Shown here in pieces: positions 1 through 9,257 of a DNA stretch of 64,000 bases (the stretch's first letter is position 1; every line of letters starts with the position of its first letter). The notes beneath the pieces were generated by a model, which was not told where the DNA came from, ran no database searches, and saw only the letters and a list, made by a program, of their open reading frames with translations. The stretch spans positions 320,417 through 384,416 of the forward strand of contig CAYVCQ010000002.1 in assembly GCA_964450405.1 (NCBI GenBank). Reading direction: 5' to 3'. The DNA comes from an uncultured Leptospirales bacterium. GTDB taxonomy: Bacteria > Spirochaetota > UBA4802 > UBA5550. Both the position numbers and the translations under genes were made by a program.

Positions 1-188
1 TTTTTCTGATACTTGCTCTCCTGCACATTTTTAGATACCAGATAAGAGATACCTAACATAAGAAAGATAATAATTATACCCCCGGCAACATAAAGAAGTA
101 TCTTAACTATTTTTGAAGTTCCGGTACTCCCCGTGACCTCGGGAGCTTTACCCTCGTCCTCAGCTATATCTCTTTCGTCATCGCCCAT
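1..188 (-). CDS. fliL: Flagellar basal-body-associated protein FliL, N-terminal part (gene continues beyond window start)
   Basis: Reverse strand translates MGDDERDIAEDEGKAPEVTGSTGTSKIVKILLYVAGGIIIIFLMLGISYLVSKNV. This is an acidic N-terminus followed by one TM helix, typical of FliL. ATG at 188 with GGAAGG RBS upstream; flbD immediately upstream as in B. subtilis/spirochete fla operons. Confidence 0.45.
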   Translation of the reverse strand, partial: MGDDERDIAEDEGKAPEVTGSTGTSKIVKILLYVAGGIIIIFLMLGISYLVSKNVQESKYQK

Positions 189-535
189 AAGCCTTCCACC
201 ATTATTCTATTTATACAACAGTCTTTAAAAATAAAGCACCAAAGCTAAATCAGAAGACATAGGTATAAATTATGTGACATAATATCAAACATCAATACAA
301 CATGTCAATTAATTTATTCATTTTCTTTGAAACATCCTCTAACTGATCCAGCTAAAAAGATAAAACAACTCTTCATTTTATATTCCCGTCGTACATTATT
401 CCATTTATATTTTCGGCATTATACCGGTTAACAAGAACTTAAATTTATATTAAATTGAATAATTTTACAAGAGAGGGGGCACATGGGGTATTTTTCGGGC
501 AAAACCTTTTGTTTTACCCGAAAAGAGCGGGAATT

Positions 536-730
536 TTATCTGTAATTGCTCTGGTAAATCTCTTTTTTATACTCCAGAGTCAGCCTCATAACATCTTCGG
601 CGGTTTCCTTCACTACATATTTTCTACTATTTGTCAGAGTAATGATCGTATTCGGGGATGAATCTATTACCTCGATATGGCTTGCATTCAGTACAAACTC
701 TTCGCCGTTAAGCCTATGCAATTGAATCAT
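536..730 (-). CDS. flbD: Flagellar protein FlbD
   Basis: 64-aa ORF MIQLHRLNGEEFVLNASHIEVIDSSPNTIITLTNSRKYVVKETAEDV closely matches the FlbD family pattern (MIxLTRLNGxxFxLN...TxITLTNGKKxVVxE). Confidence 0.8.
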   Translation of the reverse strand: MIQLHRLNGEEFVLNASHIEVIDSSPNTIITLTNSRKYVVKETAEDVMRLTLEYKKEIYQSNYR

Positions 731-742
731 CGCGCCCTCCCT

Positions 743-1633
743 TTAAAACTTATTATTAAATATAGAAAGATATTCCGCAAGATCAAGTTTATGGACTATC
801 CCTGATGAACAACCCGGCATACTGCAGTCAGCAACCGGATACGGAGCGCTCTGGAAAAGCTTTTCAAGCCACAATCTTGCCGCGAGAAACTGATTATTTG
901 TATAAAAAAGCTCGCCTTCCCTTCTTACCTCATAGTCTCTGGCCGCTCTCCCCTTGTTCATCTCACTAGTAGTATGAGGATTTAATCTTCCAGAGGTAAA
1001 GAATTTTTTTTCATTCGGAGATGCGCCCGAAGCATAAAACCTGTCGAAAAAACCCATATCATTGCCCACCAGAAGCAGTGAAGCGATGCCGCAGCCGAGA
1101 ACCAGCCCCACAGCTTGAGTTGTCACAATACTCCCTGTGGCGACAAATCCGAGTTCCTCACCTGCCTCTTTCCAGAGATTATTATAAAACTCACCGTCAA
1201 CCATCCAGTTGAAAAAACTGATTTCACCTTTCCAATTTCTGATATTTGAATGTGAAGAGCAGCTGAATGATAGAAGATGCATGTTTTCAGTATTTATACC
1301 GGAGAAAAAGTCGGTAGGAGTTGTTTCGCATGTAATTACATATTGTGGGACAATTCCATGCAAATATAAAGGTTTAAGAGCCATATCAGATGCAAGGATG
1401 ATGATATCGTCCCTCATTCGAAGCGCTTTGAGTTCAGCATAACAGTTATCAAGTGAAGGACCGGAACCGATTACAAGAACATGTCTCCCTGTAAAACTCT
1501 CAACTACCGGCCTTAACCCTCCCCACCTTTTTATAAGAGGAACGTTCTTTTTAAGATTATTACCAAATGCCCTACTCCGCTCGGCAAGAATCCCTTCATT
1601 AAGTTTTGAAAATATTTCGTCCTGATTTACCAT
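743..1633 (-). CDS. DUF115 (motility accessory factor / MptE-like) domain protein
   Basis: 296-aa ORF with HVLVIGSGPSLD Rossmann-like motif and overall similarity to DUF115 Maf-type proteins. Located directly upstream of flbD-fliL. Confidence 0.55.
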   Translation of the reverse strand: MVNQDEIFSKLNEGILAERSRAFGNNLKKNVPLIKRWGGLRPVVESFTGRHVLVIGSGPSLDNCYAELKALRMRDDIIILASDMALKPLYLHGIVPQYVITCETTPTDFFSGINTENMHLLSFSCSSHSNIRNWKGEISFFNWMVDGEFYNNLWKEAGEELGFVATGSIVTTQAVGLVLGCGIASLLLVGNDMGFFDRFYASGASPNEKKFFTSGRLNPHTTSEMNKGRAARDYEVRREGELFYTNNQFLAARLWLEKLFQSAPYPVADCSMPGCSSGIVHKLDLAEYLSIFNNKF

Positions 1634-1681
1634 AAAGTACCGGGATTTATTTTATATGAATCGATAGATTAAGACAGGATT

Positions 1682-2272
1682 TTAAGCTCTCAGCATACCC
1701 GATACATATTTAACTACTTTAGTATAATCAAGATCTATTGGATCAAACTCTTCGATAAGACCTATAAAGTAGATTACCGCCTGGATAATTCTTGCAGTTG
1801 TCTTATCATCAAGACCGTCTCCGGTTTCATCATTTCTCATATTGTCTTTTATAATATTCTCATAGAAAATACGATGATTTCTGAATAATTTAGTCATCAT
1901 CTGGCGCAGAGTCTCATTTTCAAACGAGTAGAGAATAATATTTGTCAGAATTTTCGTATTTGCTCTGTCGAGAACAAAACTTTCCACACCGAGAAGAGAG
2001 GATATCGGAGCCATCTCTTCCGAGTTAAGATCGATTTTCAGAACCCTTCTATGAACATAGTTGAGTTCAGCACCTATCTCATTAATGAGCTCAATATAGA
2101 TATCATCTTTTGTTGAGAAATAATGCAGGACACCGCCTTTCGAGTATCCAGCCTCATCAGCAATCTCCTGAATTGAGATCTGAGAATAAACATGCTTCTG
2201 AAGAAGCACCTTGAGAGCTGAAGTTATTCTTCGTTTTCTTGCTTTTACTTTATCTTCTACTACGTTTTCCAA
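1682..2272 (-). CDS. TetR/AcrR family transcriptional regulator
   Basis: 196-aa ORF; N-terminal HTH ISIQEIADEAGYSKGGVLHYFSTKDDIY is a typical TetR signature. Confidence 0.8.
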   Translation of the reverse strand: MENVVEDKVKARKRRITSALKVLLQKHVYSQISIQEIADEAGYSKGGVLHYFSTKDDIYIELINEIGAELNYVHRRVLKIDLNSEEMAPISSLLGVESFVLDRANTKILTNIILYSFENETLRQMMTKLFRNHRIFYENIIKDNMRNDETGDGLDDKTTARIIQAVIYFIGLIEEFDPIDLDYTKVVKYVSGMLRA

Positions 2273-2445
2273 ATCGCTACCTGTATCTTTTTTTTCACAC
2301 TAAAGTACCATTAGCTCTTTGATGCAATAAAAAAACATATATTATCACTAAAAAAATATATAAACTGCTATATAAACTCCATTTTAGCCGACTTGCAGGT
2401 CTGTGAGTCTTCAGAATTTCCAATTATACATGTTTTTTTCATAAC

Positions 2446-2479
2446 AAACTGATATATAAATGTTTTATATATCAGTTTA
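2446..2479. promoter_or_regulatory. 15-bp perfect inverted repeat (AAACTGATATATAAA-tgtt-TTTATATATCAGTTT) in the divergent TetR/tsaE intergenic region; candidate operator
   Basis: Read directly from sequence; TetR-family regulators bind palindromic operators near their own promoters. Confidence 0.3.
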
Positions 2480-2678
2480 TTCAATGCATCCAATAAAAAA
2501 TTGCTGAATCTTTAAAGTTTTTAAAGATAAAATGAATTTCTTGACAAATACCCTCCCCGACAGGCAGAGATTATGTAACCGCTCACACTCACGTGGTATT
2601 ATATCTCCGCTGCGCCAATGGCGTACCGGAAAACAATTTCACCACCGGTTTTTGGGTTGATACAGGATTATAGAGTTA

Positions 2679-3110
2679 TTGATTATGAAAAAAACATTTA
2701 TAAGCAATTCAGAAACTGAAACTTTTTCCTTTGCACGTAAATTTGCGGGAGATATCCGCAGAAGTACGGTAATTGCACTTCGCGGCGATCTTGGATCAGG
2801 TAAAACCATCTTTACAAAGGGGCTGGCACAAGGTCTTGGCATAACCGAAGATATAACAAGCCCGACATTCAGTTTAATGGAAATCTATGAAGGTGATATC
2901 AACCTTTATCACTTTGATCTTTACAGAATCGAAAATCTGAATGAGTTTGACAATCTCAGATTTGAAGAATACTGGGAAGGTGACGGAGTATCGATCATTG
3001 AATGGCCGGAAAAAGCAGAAGATCTCCTCCCCGGGAAGAGAATAGATATAATTATAGAATACATTGATGAATTCAGGAGAGAAATAACCATTGAATATAC
3101 TGGTGATTGA
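2679..3110 (+). CDS. tsaE: tRNA threonylcarbamoyladenosine biosynthesis ATPase TsaE
   Basis: 143 aa; LRGDLGSGKT Walker A; SPTFSLMEIYEG...LYHFDLYRI motifs of the YjeE/TsaE family. Confidence 0.85.
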   Translation: MIMKKTFISNSETETFSFARKFAGDIRRSTVIALRGDLGSGKTIFTKGLAQGLGITEDITSPTFSLMEIYEGDINLYHFDLYRIENLNEFDNLRFEEYWEGDGVSIIEWPEKAEDLLPGKRIDIIIEYIDEFRREITIEYTGD

Positions 3111-3792
3111 TACTTCCACCGAGATAGAACTACTTGCTCTTTCAGTAGATGGAAAAATATTCCAATACTGTGAAAACGAGGGGATCTCACACTCTGTTAC
3201 AATGTTTAAAAATCTTTCATCACTTCTAACAGAGGCTTCGATTCAGATCAACGACATTGATCTGATTGGCGTCGGGATAGGCCCCGGTTCTTTCACAGGT
3301 ATACGAATTGCTGTTACAACAGCAAGAATGTTTGCTCAGATTCTGGAGATACCACTTGTCGGGCTGAAGAGTCCGGAGATTTATGCAGCCTCTGCCCTGA
3401 CATCAGAAGATAAAACGATACTTGCCGCCTTTGATGCAAAGAAAGGGAAAGTTTTTGCAGGAGTTTACCGCATCAGCAACTCCATTATAAGTGAAATTAT
3501 TGAACCCGGTGATTTCTTCATGGAAGAACTGATCGATTCTATTGTAAATCCCGGTGAACTCATCTGTATGGGTGACGGATGCGGAAAATTTATTGAAATT
3601 ATTGAAAGCTCAAGCCAAAGAAACGGATTCAGTTATAAGTACGTTGAAAATTTTATTCCCGACGGGAAAACTGCGGCGGAACTTACATTGCGGAAATATG
3701 AGGAATCTCCCGATAAATATGGCAATTTTAATGATACAGTTCCATTTTATACAAGAAAATCAGATGCAGAGATAGCCAGATACAGCAGTTGA
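3091..3792 (+). CDS. tsaB: tRNA threonylcarbamoyladenosine biosynthesis protein TsaB (YeaZ)
   Basis: 233 aa starting MNILVIDTSTE...; GIGPGSFTGIRIAV motif; overlaps tsaE 3' end (operon). Confidence 0.8.
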   Translation: MNILVIDTSTEIELLALSVDGKIFQYCENEGISHSVTMFKNLSSLLTEASIQINDIDLIGVGIGPGSFTGIRIAVTTARMFAQILEIPLVGLKSPEIYAASALTSEDKTILAAFDAKKGKVFAGVYRISNSIISEIIEPGDFFMEELIDSIVNPGELICMGDGCGKFIEIIESSSQRNGFSYKYVENFIPDGKTAAELTLRKYEESPDKYGNFNDTVPFYTRKSDAEIARYSS

Positions 3793-3820
3793 GAGATGTA
3801 AATTTTTTTATTTTATATTT

Positions 3821-4993
3821 TTACTTTCTGTTTTTCATGCTTTTAATAAGTTTTGATTTATACTCCACTTCCATAGGCTTCAGTACATCATAAAAACGTT
3901 TCATTTCATCTTTTCTCGATGAGTTCCCTTCGAAATCCACTCCGATAAATAAGTTTCCCTCGAAATCGGTTGATGTTGTCTTGATATCTCCATAAATAGT
4001 CATTGGTGCCTGAAGCTTGAAGACTATATCAAAGATAAAGCCTCTTGACTTCTGGATGTATTTTTTCAGATCGGCATCTGTAATTTTCAGTTTAGCACCA
4101 CCTCTGCTTATATCAACTATCTGCTGATGTACTGACACAAGGAGGGTATTTGAGTCTCTTATCCTGTCAACAAGCTTGAAGGACATATCTTTCAGATCGA
4201 TAACTTTGTCTATGCCGAATATTTCTGTCTTCGATACAGCCTGGATATATGCAAATGGAATCGATTTTTCGTCTTCGGTTAGATATATTACTGGCACGAT
4301 AATTATAGATTTAAATCCTTTTTCAATATTCATCTTGATAAGTTTATCGAGTTCGTGGCCGTAAATTTTGGAGATATCTACGAAATCATCAGTCATAGCT
4401 TTGTAAGACTCCGGATCATTTACATCGGGAACGAAAAGTGTTTTGCCTGTATTCTTAATATTCTTGAGTACAGCATCCTTTGTGTCATTTGCCAGAACAT
4501 CAACCTTGAACTGATCTGTAAACTTGGCATTAACGGACTGGAACTGATCAAGAACCACTTTAATACTTGTCGGGATACTGAATCTGCTGACATCTATTGT
4601 ATGTTTTGAAACTCTGAAGTTTGTTGCAACTGCTTCACCTTTGTTGACCTTAAAACGGAGATCCCGTCTCCCTTCAAGAGCTCTTTTGGCACTGATAATC
4701 TTGCATTTAAAATATCCGGGGCCAAGCTCCTCTATTACATTTAAATCAATTTCTATATATTTATCAGACAAACCGTAAATAATCAGATTTTTATCAGTTT
4801 TATAATTGGGATCTGTTACTATCATCAGCGTTTTGTCGGCATTATATTCGTTAATCATCGCTTCATGTTTATCAACATCAAACTTAACGTATAGTTTCCG
4901 GGTTGAAAACTGTTCTTTAAGTATTGCTATGACATCATCGACGGTTTGAAATGTATTGAAGTTTCTATTTTTTCTCTGTTCCACTTTAAGCAA
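3821..4993 (-). CDS. Hypothetical protein with two PilZ-like motif sets (possible c-di-GMP receptor)
   Basis: 390-aa ORF. EGRRDLRFKV (RxxxR) is followed ~25 aa later by IDVSRFS. Later VDISRGGAKLKI matches the DxSxGG PilZ signature. No other recognisable domain. Confidence 0.35.
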   Translation of the reverse strand: MLKVEQRKNRNFNTFQTVDDVIAILKEQFSTRKLYVKFDVDKHEAMINEYNADKTLMIVTDPNYKTDKNLIIYGLSDKYIEIDLNVIEELGPGYFKCKIISAKRALEGRRDLRFKVNKGEAVATNFRVSKHTIDVSRFSIPTSIKVVLDQFQSVNAKFTDQFKVDVLANDTKDAVLKNIKNTGKTLFVPDVNDPESYKAMTDDFVDISKIYGHELDKLIKMNIEKGFKSIIIVPVIYLTEDEKSIPFAYIQAVSKTEIFGIDKVIDLKDMSFKLVDRIRDSNTLLVSVHQQIVDISRGGAKLKITDADLKKYIQKSRGFIFDIVFKLQAPMTIYGDIKTTSTDFEGNLFIGVDFEGNSSRKDEMKRFYDVLKPMEVEYKSKLIKSMKNRK

Positions 4994-5076
4994 CCCACTA
5001 TTCCGACATACTTACAAAGTTCCTAATCGTTTAATTATCGGATTACCTTTTAATTTTCAATAACAAATTAGATACT

Positions 5077-5111
5077 GAAAAAAAAAGAGGGAAAATTCCC
5101 TCTTTTTTTTT
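5077..5111 (-). terminator. Rho-independent terminator (A-tract, hairpin AGAGGGAAAATTCCCTCT, T-tract), bidirectional
   Basis: Perfect 7-bp stem GAGGGAA/TTCCCTC flanked by A9 and T10 runs immediately downstream of the histone-like gene. Confidence 0.7.
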
Positions 5112-5125
5112 AAAATATTTTAAAA

Positions 5126-5365
5126 TTACTTCTTTGCTTTTGCTTTTGCTTTTGGCTTAGCTTTTGCTTTTGCTTTTGGCTTAGCTTTTGCTTTTGCTTT
5201 TGCTGCTGCAGCTGCTTTTGCTTCTGCTTCTTTTTTCTTTTCAACAACTAATTCACTCTTAAGCTTAGCTATTGCTGCAGTCTCGAGCTTAGTTTCTTTC
5301 TGAAGCTTTGCAACTTTTTCGTTTTTTCTCTTGATAGTATTTTCCAGTTGTTTAGCACTTGCCAT
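5126..5365 (-). CDS. Lys/Ala-rich histone H1-like nucleoid protein (Hc1/AlgP-like KA-repeat tail)
   Basis: 79 aa: coiled-coil N-terminus then AKAKAKAKPKAKAKAKPKAKAKAKK. GAGGTG RBS 5 nt upstream of ATG; strong terminator downstream. Coding DNA shows tandem GCTTTTGCTTTTGGCTTA units. Confidence 0.7.
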   Translation of the reverse strand: MASAKQLENTIKRKNEKVAKLQKETKLETAAIAKLKSELVVEKKKEAEAKAAAAAKAKAKAKPKAKAKAKPKAKAKAKK

Positions 5366-5605
5366 AGTGACACCTCAAATTTTTTTTTTGTGAATCAAAA
5401 TTTACTTAACAATACATACACCGATTATTAATGCAAGCAAAAAATTAAAAAATCGTATAACAGCGTCAATAATATTAAAAAAAACATCGAAACATCAAAC
5501 TTCGGGCTTAAATAATTTTTATTTCAGCCCAATTAGCGGTGTTAAAAGTTTGGAGTACCAATCTCTCCGGCAATTTGAGCCTTAACTTGAGTACTCCGGG
5601 CGTGT

Positions 5606-6976
5606 TTATCACCATTTGTCGGGCTCAAATTAACAATTATATAACAAAACTAACTGCAAAACACACCGATTCCACGCTCCGGTGATGGTGTTTTACAAAA
5701 TATCACCGTTTGTCGGGCACCAAATGTTGATACCAGCGCATAAATTGCCTTTAATTATGCCTCTTCCAACCAGTGGAGCATTGATTTTATCTAATTATCA
5801 TCAATTTTTAACTCCAATTAATGATTACAGCCCGGCAAGTGGAGATAAAAGAGGCCTAATCCGCTCTTTGGACTGACTATTTTTTACAATTATCACCACT
5901 AATCGGCCTCCAAATGTTGATACCAGGTTGTAAATCGCCCTTAATTATGCCTCTTCCAACCAGTGGAGTATTGAATTTATCCAATTATCAGCGATTTTAA
6001 GCTCCAATTAGCGATTATAGCCCGGCAAATGGAGATAAATCAGTCTTAATCCGCTCTTTGGACTGACTATTTTTTACGATTATCACCGCTAATCGGCCTC
6101 CAAATGTTGATACCAGATAGCAAATTACCTGCAATTACACCATATCCAACCCGTGGAGTATGGATTTTATCTAATTATCAACGATTTTGAACTCCAATTG
6201 GCGATAACAGCCCGACAAGTGAAGATAAATCAGTCTTAATCAGATTTCCGGACTGACTTTTTTTAAATTATCGCCGCTAATCGGGCTCCGGATGTTGATA
6301 TATCCCGATAAATAGATCATCTTTACACCACATCCAACCCGCGGGGCTTTAATTTTCATCAATTATCTGTAATTTTAAGCTCCAACTGGCGATATCCATT
6401 GAATTGAGCCTCAATTTCTCATATACTTTAACTAAAAACGCAACATCATCTGCCCGTTACGGCTAATTTCAGGGTTTATCACCGCTAAACGGACTCCAAC
6501 AGCTGATATCCGCATTTTTGAGTCCAAATTTTAACGATTTATACATTATTCATGTTCAAAATGGCAATCCCGGTCAATGGTGCAGCTATTTTATTACTTA
6601 ACACCATTTGTCGGGCTACAACTTGTGGTATAATTTCTATTTGGAGAGAGTGAAATACGCAACATCCGCGCCATGGAGTCTCTGCTTTTTTAAATTATCA
6701 ACATTTATTGAAATTAAAATGGAGATATCTGCAGTTTCGGGCTCCGATTTTTGTTAATAGACCCTCTATTGAGAGTAATACACTCAACACCGGCATTCCG
6801 GAGAATATTTTTTGCAATCAACATCGTTTGTCGGGCTCCAAATGCTGATATCCGAAATTTTGAGATCAGATTTAAAAAAATTAATAGCATATCAAAGGTA
6901 AAACACAGAATTTCCAACCTTTGAAACCGGTCTTTTATTAAATATCACCGTTTATCGAGCTCCAATTATTAACTAC
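5606..6976. repeat. Non-coding tandem repeat array. Four near-complete ~190-bp units start at 5701, 5891, 6081 and 6269. At least five degenerate copies of a ~35-bp core (TATCACCGyTwrTCGGGCwCCAAATGTTGATAYC) are at 5606, 6476, 6599, 6815 and 6943
   Basis: Direct reading: unit period 190/190/188 bp, ~85-90% identity between full units. Each unit contains an internal imperfect inverted pair (TATCACCGTTTGTCGGGC ... GCCCGGCAAGTGGAGATA). Only short spurious ORFs overlap. Confidence 0.85.
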
Positions 6977-7264
6977 AACTATTTATATGTGCGAAAAATA
7001 ATCAAATACCGGCTCACCAGGCTTTATTTTTCCACTACACTATTTTTTTGTGCACCAAACCGCAGAATTAAGTACATAAAGAGATCACTAAAGTTATTTA
7101 TGTTCGCTTGCCGAATTTTTTTTCAGTAATTTCACAGGTTTTAAGCTGTTTTTTTGAAAAATTATATTAAATTAATGTATTGACTGGAACAGGGCGCTGT
7201 TTTTTTCTGAAAGCAGCGTAAAAATCGGTCAAAATCAGACCGAAGATGATCCGGAGGAGCTTCA

Positions 7265-8599
7265 ATGTCAGCTAAACTACCTGTTGTATCAATTGTCGGA
7301 AGGCAAAATGTCGGTAAATCAACTCTGTTCAACACTTTGATTAAAGATAAAAAATCAATTGTTGATTCATTTCCAGGACTTACCAGAGATGTAATATCGA
7401 GCAATATGGTACACGACGGAGTGAGCTTCATTCTTTCTGATACACCCGGACTTGACCTTTCCTCGGCTTCCGAACTTTCAGATACAATTCTTGACGGCGC
7501 GAACAAGCATTTAGAGAAATCTGACGTCATTCTCTTCCTTATGGAGTACCCTGCACCGGGCGGATTTGACTATGATCTTGCTGATATAATAAGAAAAATG
7601 TCTAAACCAACTATAATAGCGGTAAATAAAATGGATAGTGGTGACCAGCTGGAGGTGATGACCAACTTTTACGAGATGGGAATGACCGAGGTTATCCCTG
7701 TTTCTGCAGCAAGAAGGTTCAATATCAACCTGCTTCTGGACAATATCGTGAGACTTCTCCCCTCGCAGAAGACCTCAATACAGGAACCTGACCTCAAAAT
7801 AGCCATCGTCGGACGGCCGAATTCAGGGAAATCAACACTTCTGAATGCATTTATGGGTTTTGAACGCTCCGTTGTATCCGAAATTCCAGGCACTACTAGA
7901 GATTCAGTGGATGACATATTCTCTTATTATAGTAAAAACATCCGGGTAATCGACACTGCCGGCATCAGGAAGAAAAGTAAAATCACTGAAAATATTGAAT
8001 ACTACTCGTTTACCCGCACGGTGGAATCTATACATAGAGCTGATGTTGTTATTCACCTGATTGATGCTACAATGGGACTTACTGAAACTGATAAAAAGAT
8101 ATCTGATGAAATCTTAAAGGCAAAAAAACCTATTATTATAGCTGTTAACAAGTGGGATGCTGTCGAAAATAAAGATGATAAAACCTTCGATAAGTTCAAA
8201 GATAAACTTATTTTTAAGTTCTATAAAGCCAGTGACTTCCCTATCATTTCAATATCTGCGAAGGAAAAACAGAGAATCAGCAAACTCATCGAGACTGCAA
8301 TACTTCTTAAAGAGAGAGCAAACAAAAGAATCGACACTCCGACCCTTAACAAAGTAATGGCAAACATTAAAAGTTTTGGCAAGATTCCGCAGCTTGGAGA
8401 GAAAATAAAAGTATATTACGCGGTACAGATAGATACAATTCCGCCTCAGTTCAAGTTTTTTGTTAATAATGAAGACTTTTTCAAGAAGGATGTGGTGCGT
8501 TATTTCGAAAAAGAACTGCAGAAAGCTTTTGATCTCGAGGGTTTACCGATTATTATTCATATTGAAGGTAAAAAGAAGAGAGAAAAGCCGAAAAGATGA
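7265..8599 (+). CDS. der: Ribosome-associated GTPase Der (EngA)
   Basis: 444 aa with two G-domains (GRQNVGKSTLFN and GRPNSGKSTLLN) plus KH-like C-terminus; GGAGG RBS. Confidence 0.9.
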   Translation: MSAKLPVVSIVGRQNVGKSTLFNTLIKDKKSIVDSFPGLTRDVISSNMVHDGVSFILSDTPGLDLSSASELSDTILDGANKHLEKSDVILFLMEYPAPGGFDYDLADIIRKMSKPTIIAVNKMDSGDQLEVMTNFYEMGMTEVIPVSAARRFNINLLLDNIVRLLPSQKTSIQEPDLKIAIVGRPNSGKSTLLNAFMGFERSVVSEIPGTTRDSVDDIFSYYSKNIRVIDTAGIRKKSKITENIEYYSFTRTVESIHRADVVIHLIDATMGLTETDKKISDEILKAKKPIIIAVNKWDAVENKDDKTFDKFKDKLIFKFYKASDFPIISISAKEKQRISKLIETAILLKERANKRIDTPTLNKVMANIKSFGKIPQLGEKIKVYYAVQIDTIPPQFKFFVNNEDFFKKDVVRYFEKELQKAFDLEGLPIIIHIEGKKKREKPKR

Positions 8600-9199
8600 T
8601 CAGATTCTCACCCTTCCCTCTATTGACTTTGCAATTGTAGCACAATCAACATACTCCAGATCGCAGCCTACGGGGAGACCATGCGCAATGCGTGTTGTTT
8701 TGATCCCAAGAGGTGTAATCAGAGATGCAAGATAGAGGGTAGTCGCATCACCTTCAATTGTGGGACTCAGCGCCATGATTACTTCATCAAGACCACCTGC
8801 TCCGCACTTCTTTATCAGTGAACTTATATTAAGATCCTCGGGCCCGATACCGTCCAGGGGTGAAATAAGTCCCGAGAGTACGTGATAACGCCCTCTGAAC
8901 TCACCTGAAGCTTCTATATTGAGCACATCCCTGGCTCCTTCGACTACACAGAGCATACGGCGTTCCCTTCCAGAGTCGGAACATAAAGAACAAATCTCAG
9001 TGTCGGATATTCCGCCGCACTCTGCACAGGCCCTGATATTGTTTTTAAGATCTATCATAGCCGCAGCAATGCTCTCCACATCCGGTTTCCCCATCTTCAG
9101 AAGATGGAAAGCAATCCTGGAGGCACTTTTGTTCCCTATTCCCGGGAGTTTTGAAAGCTCCCGGGTGACCCTATCGAGATATACCGATGGCGTAGTCAA
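8600..9199 (-). CDS. recR: Recombination protein RecR
   Basis: 199 aa; HhH LPGIGNKSASRIAFHLL; C4 zinc finger CAECGGISDTEICSLC; Toprim region. Confidence 0.9.
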   Translation of the reverse strand: MTTPSVYLDRVTRELSKLPGIGNKSASRIAFHLLKMGKPDVESIAAAMIDLKNNIRACAECGGISDTEICSLCSDSGRERRMLCVVEGARDVLNIEASGEFRGRYHVLSGLISPLDGIGPEDLNISSLIKKCGAGGLDEVIMALSPTIEGDATTLYLASLITPLGIKTTRIAHGLPVGCDLEYVDCATIAKSIEGRVRI

Positions 9200-9257
9200 A
9201 TCAATCTCCGTTATTTATTTTATTATATCAGCTAACAATTTGATTAGACCATTTAGT

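Noticed and set aside
5682-6917. Short ORFs (64 and 67 aa) predicted inside the repeat array
   Set aside because: They lie within repetitive DNA, lack RBS and have low-complexity translations; most likely spurious.
5606-6976. CRISPR array interpretation of the repeat region
   Set aside because: Whole ~190-bp units repeat head-to-tail with no unique spacers; no cas genes nearby; copies decay gradually like a satellite rather than being sharply bounded repeats.
5606-7260. Calling the region oriC
   Set aside because: DnaA-box-like TTATCAnC motifs are present, but dnaA/dnaN are not adjacent, and the strict 190-bp periodicity is atypical. This cannot be decided without a genome-wide skew analysis.
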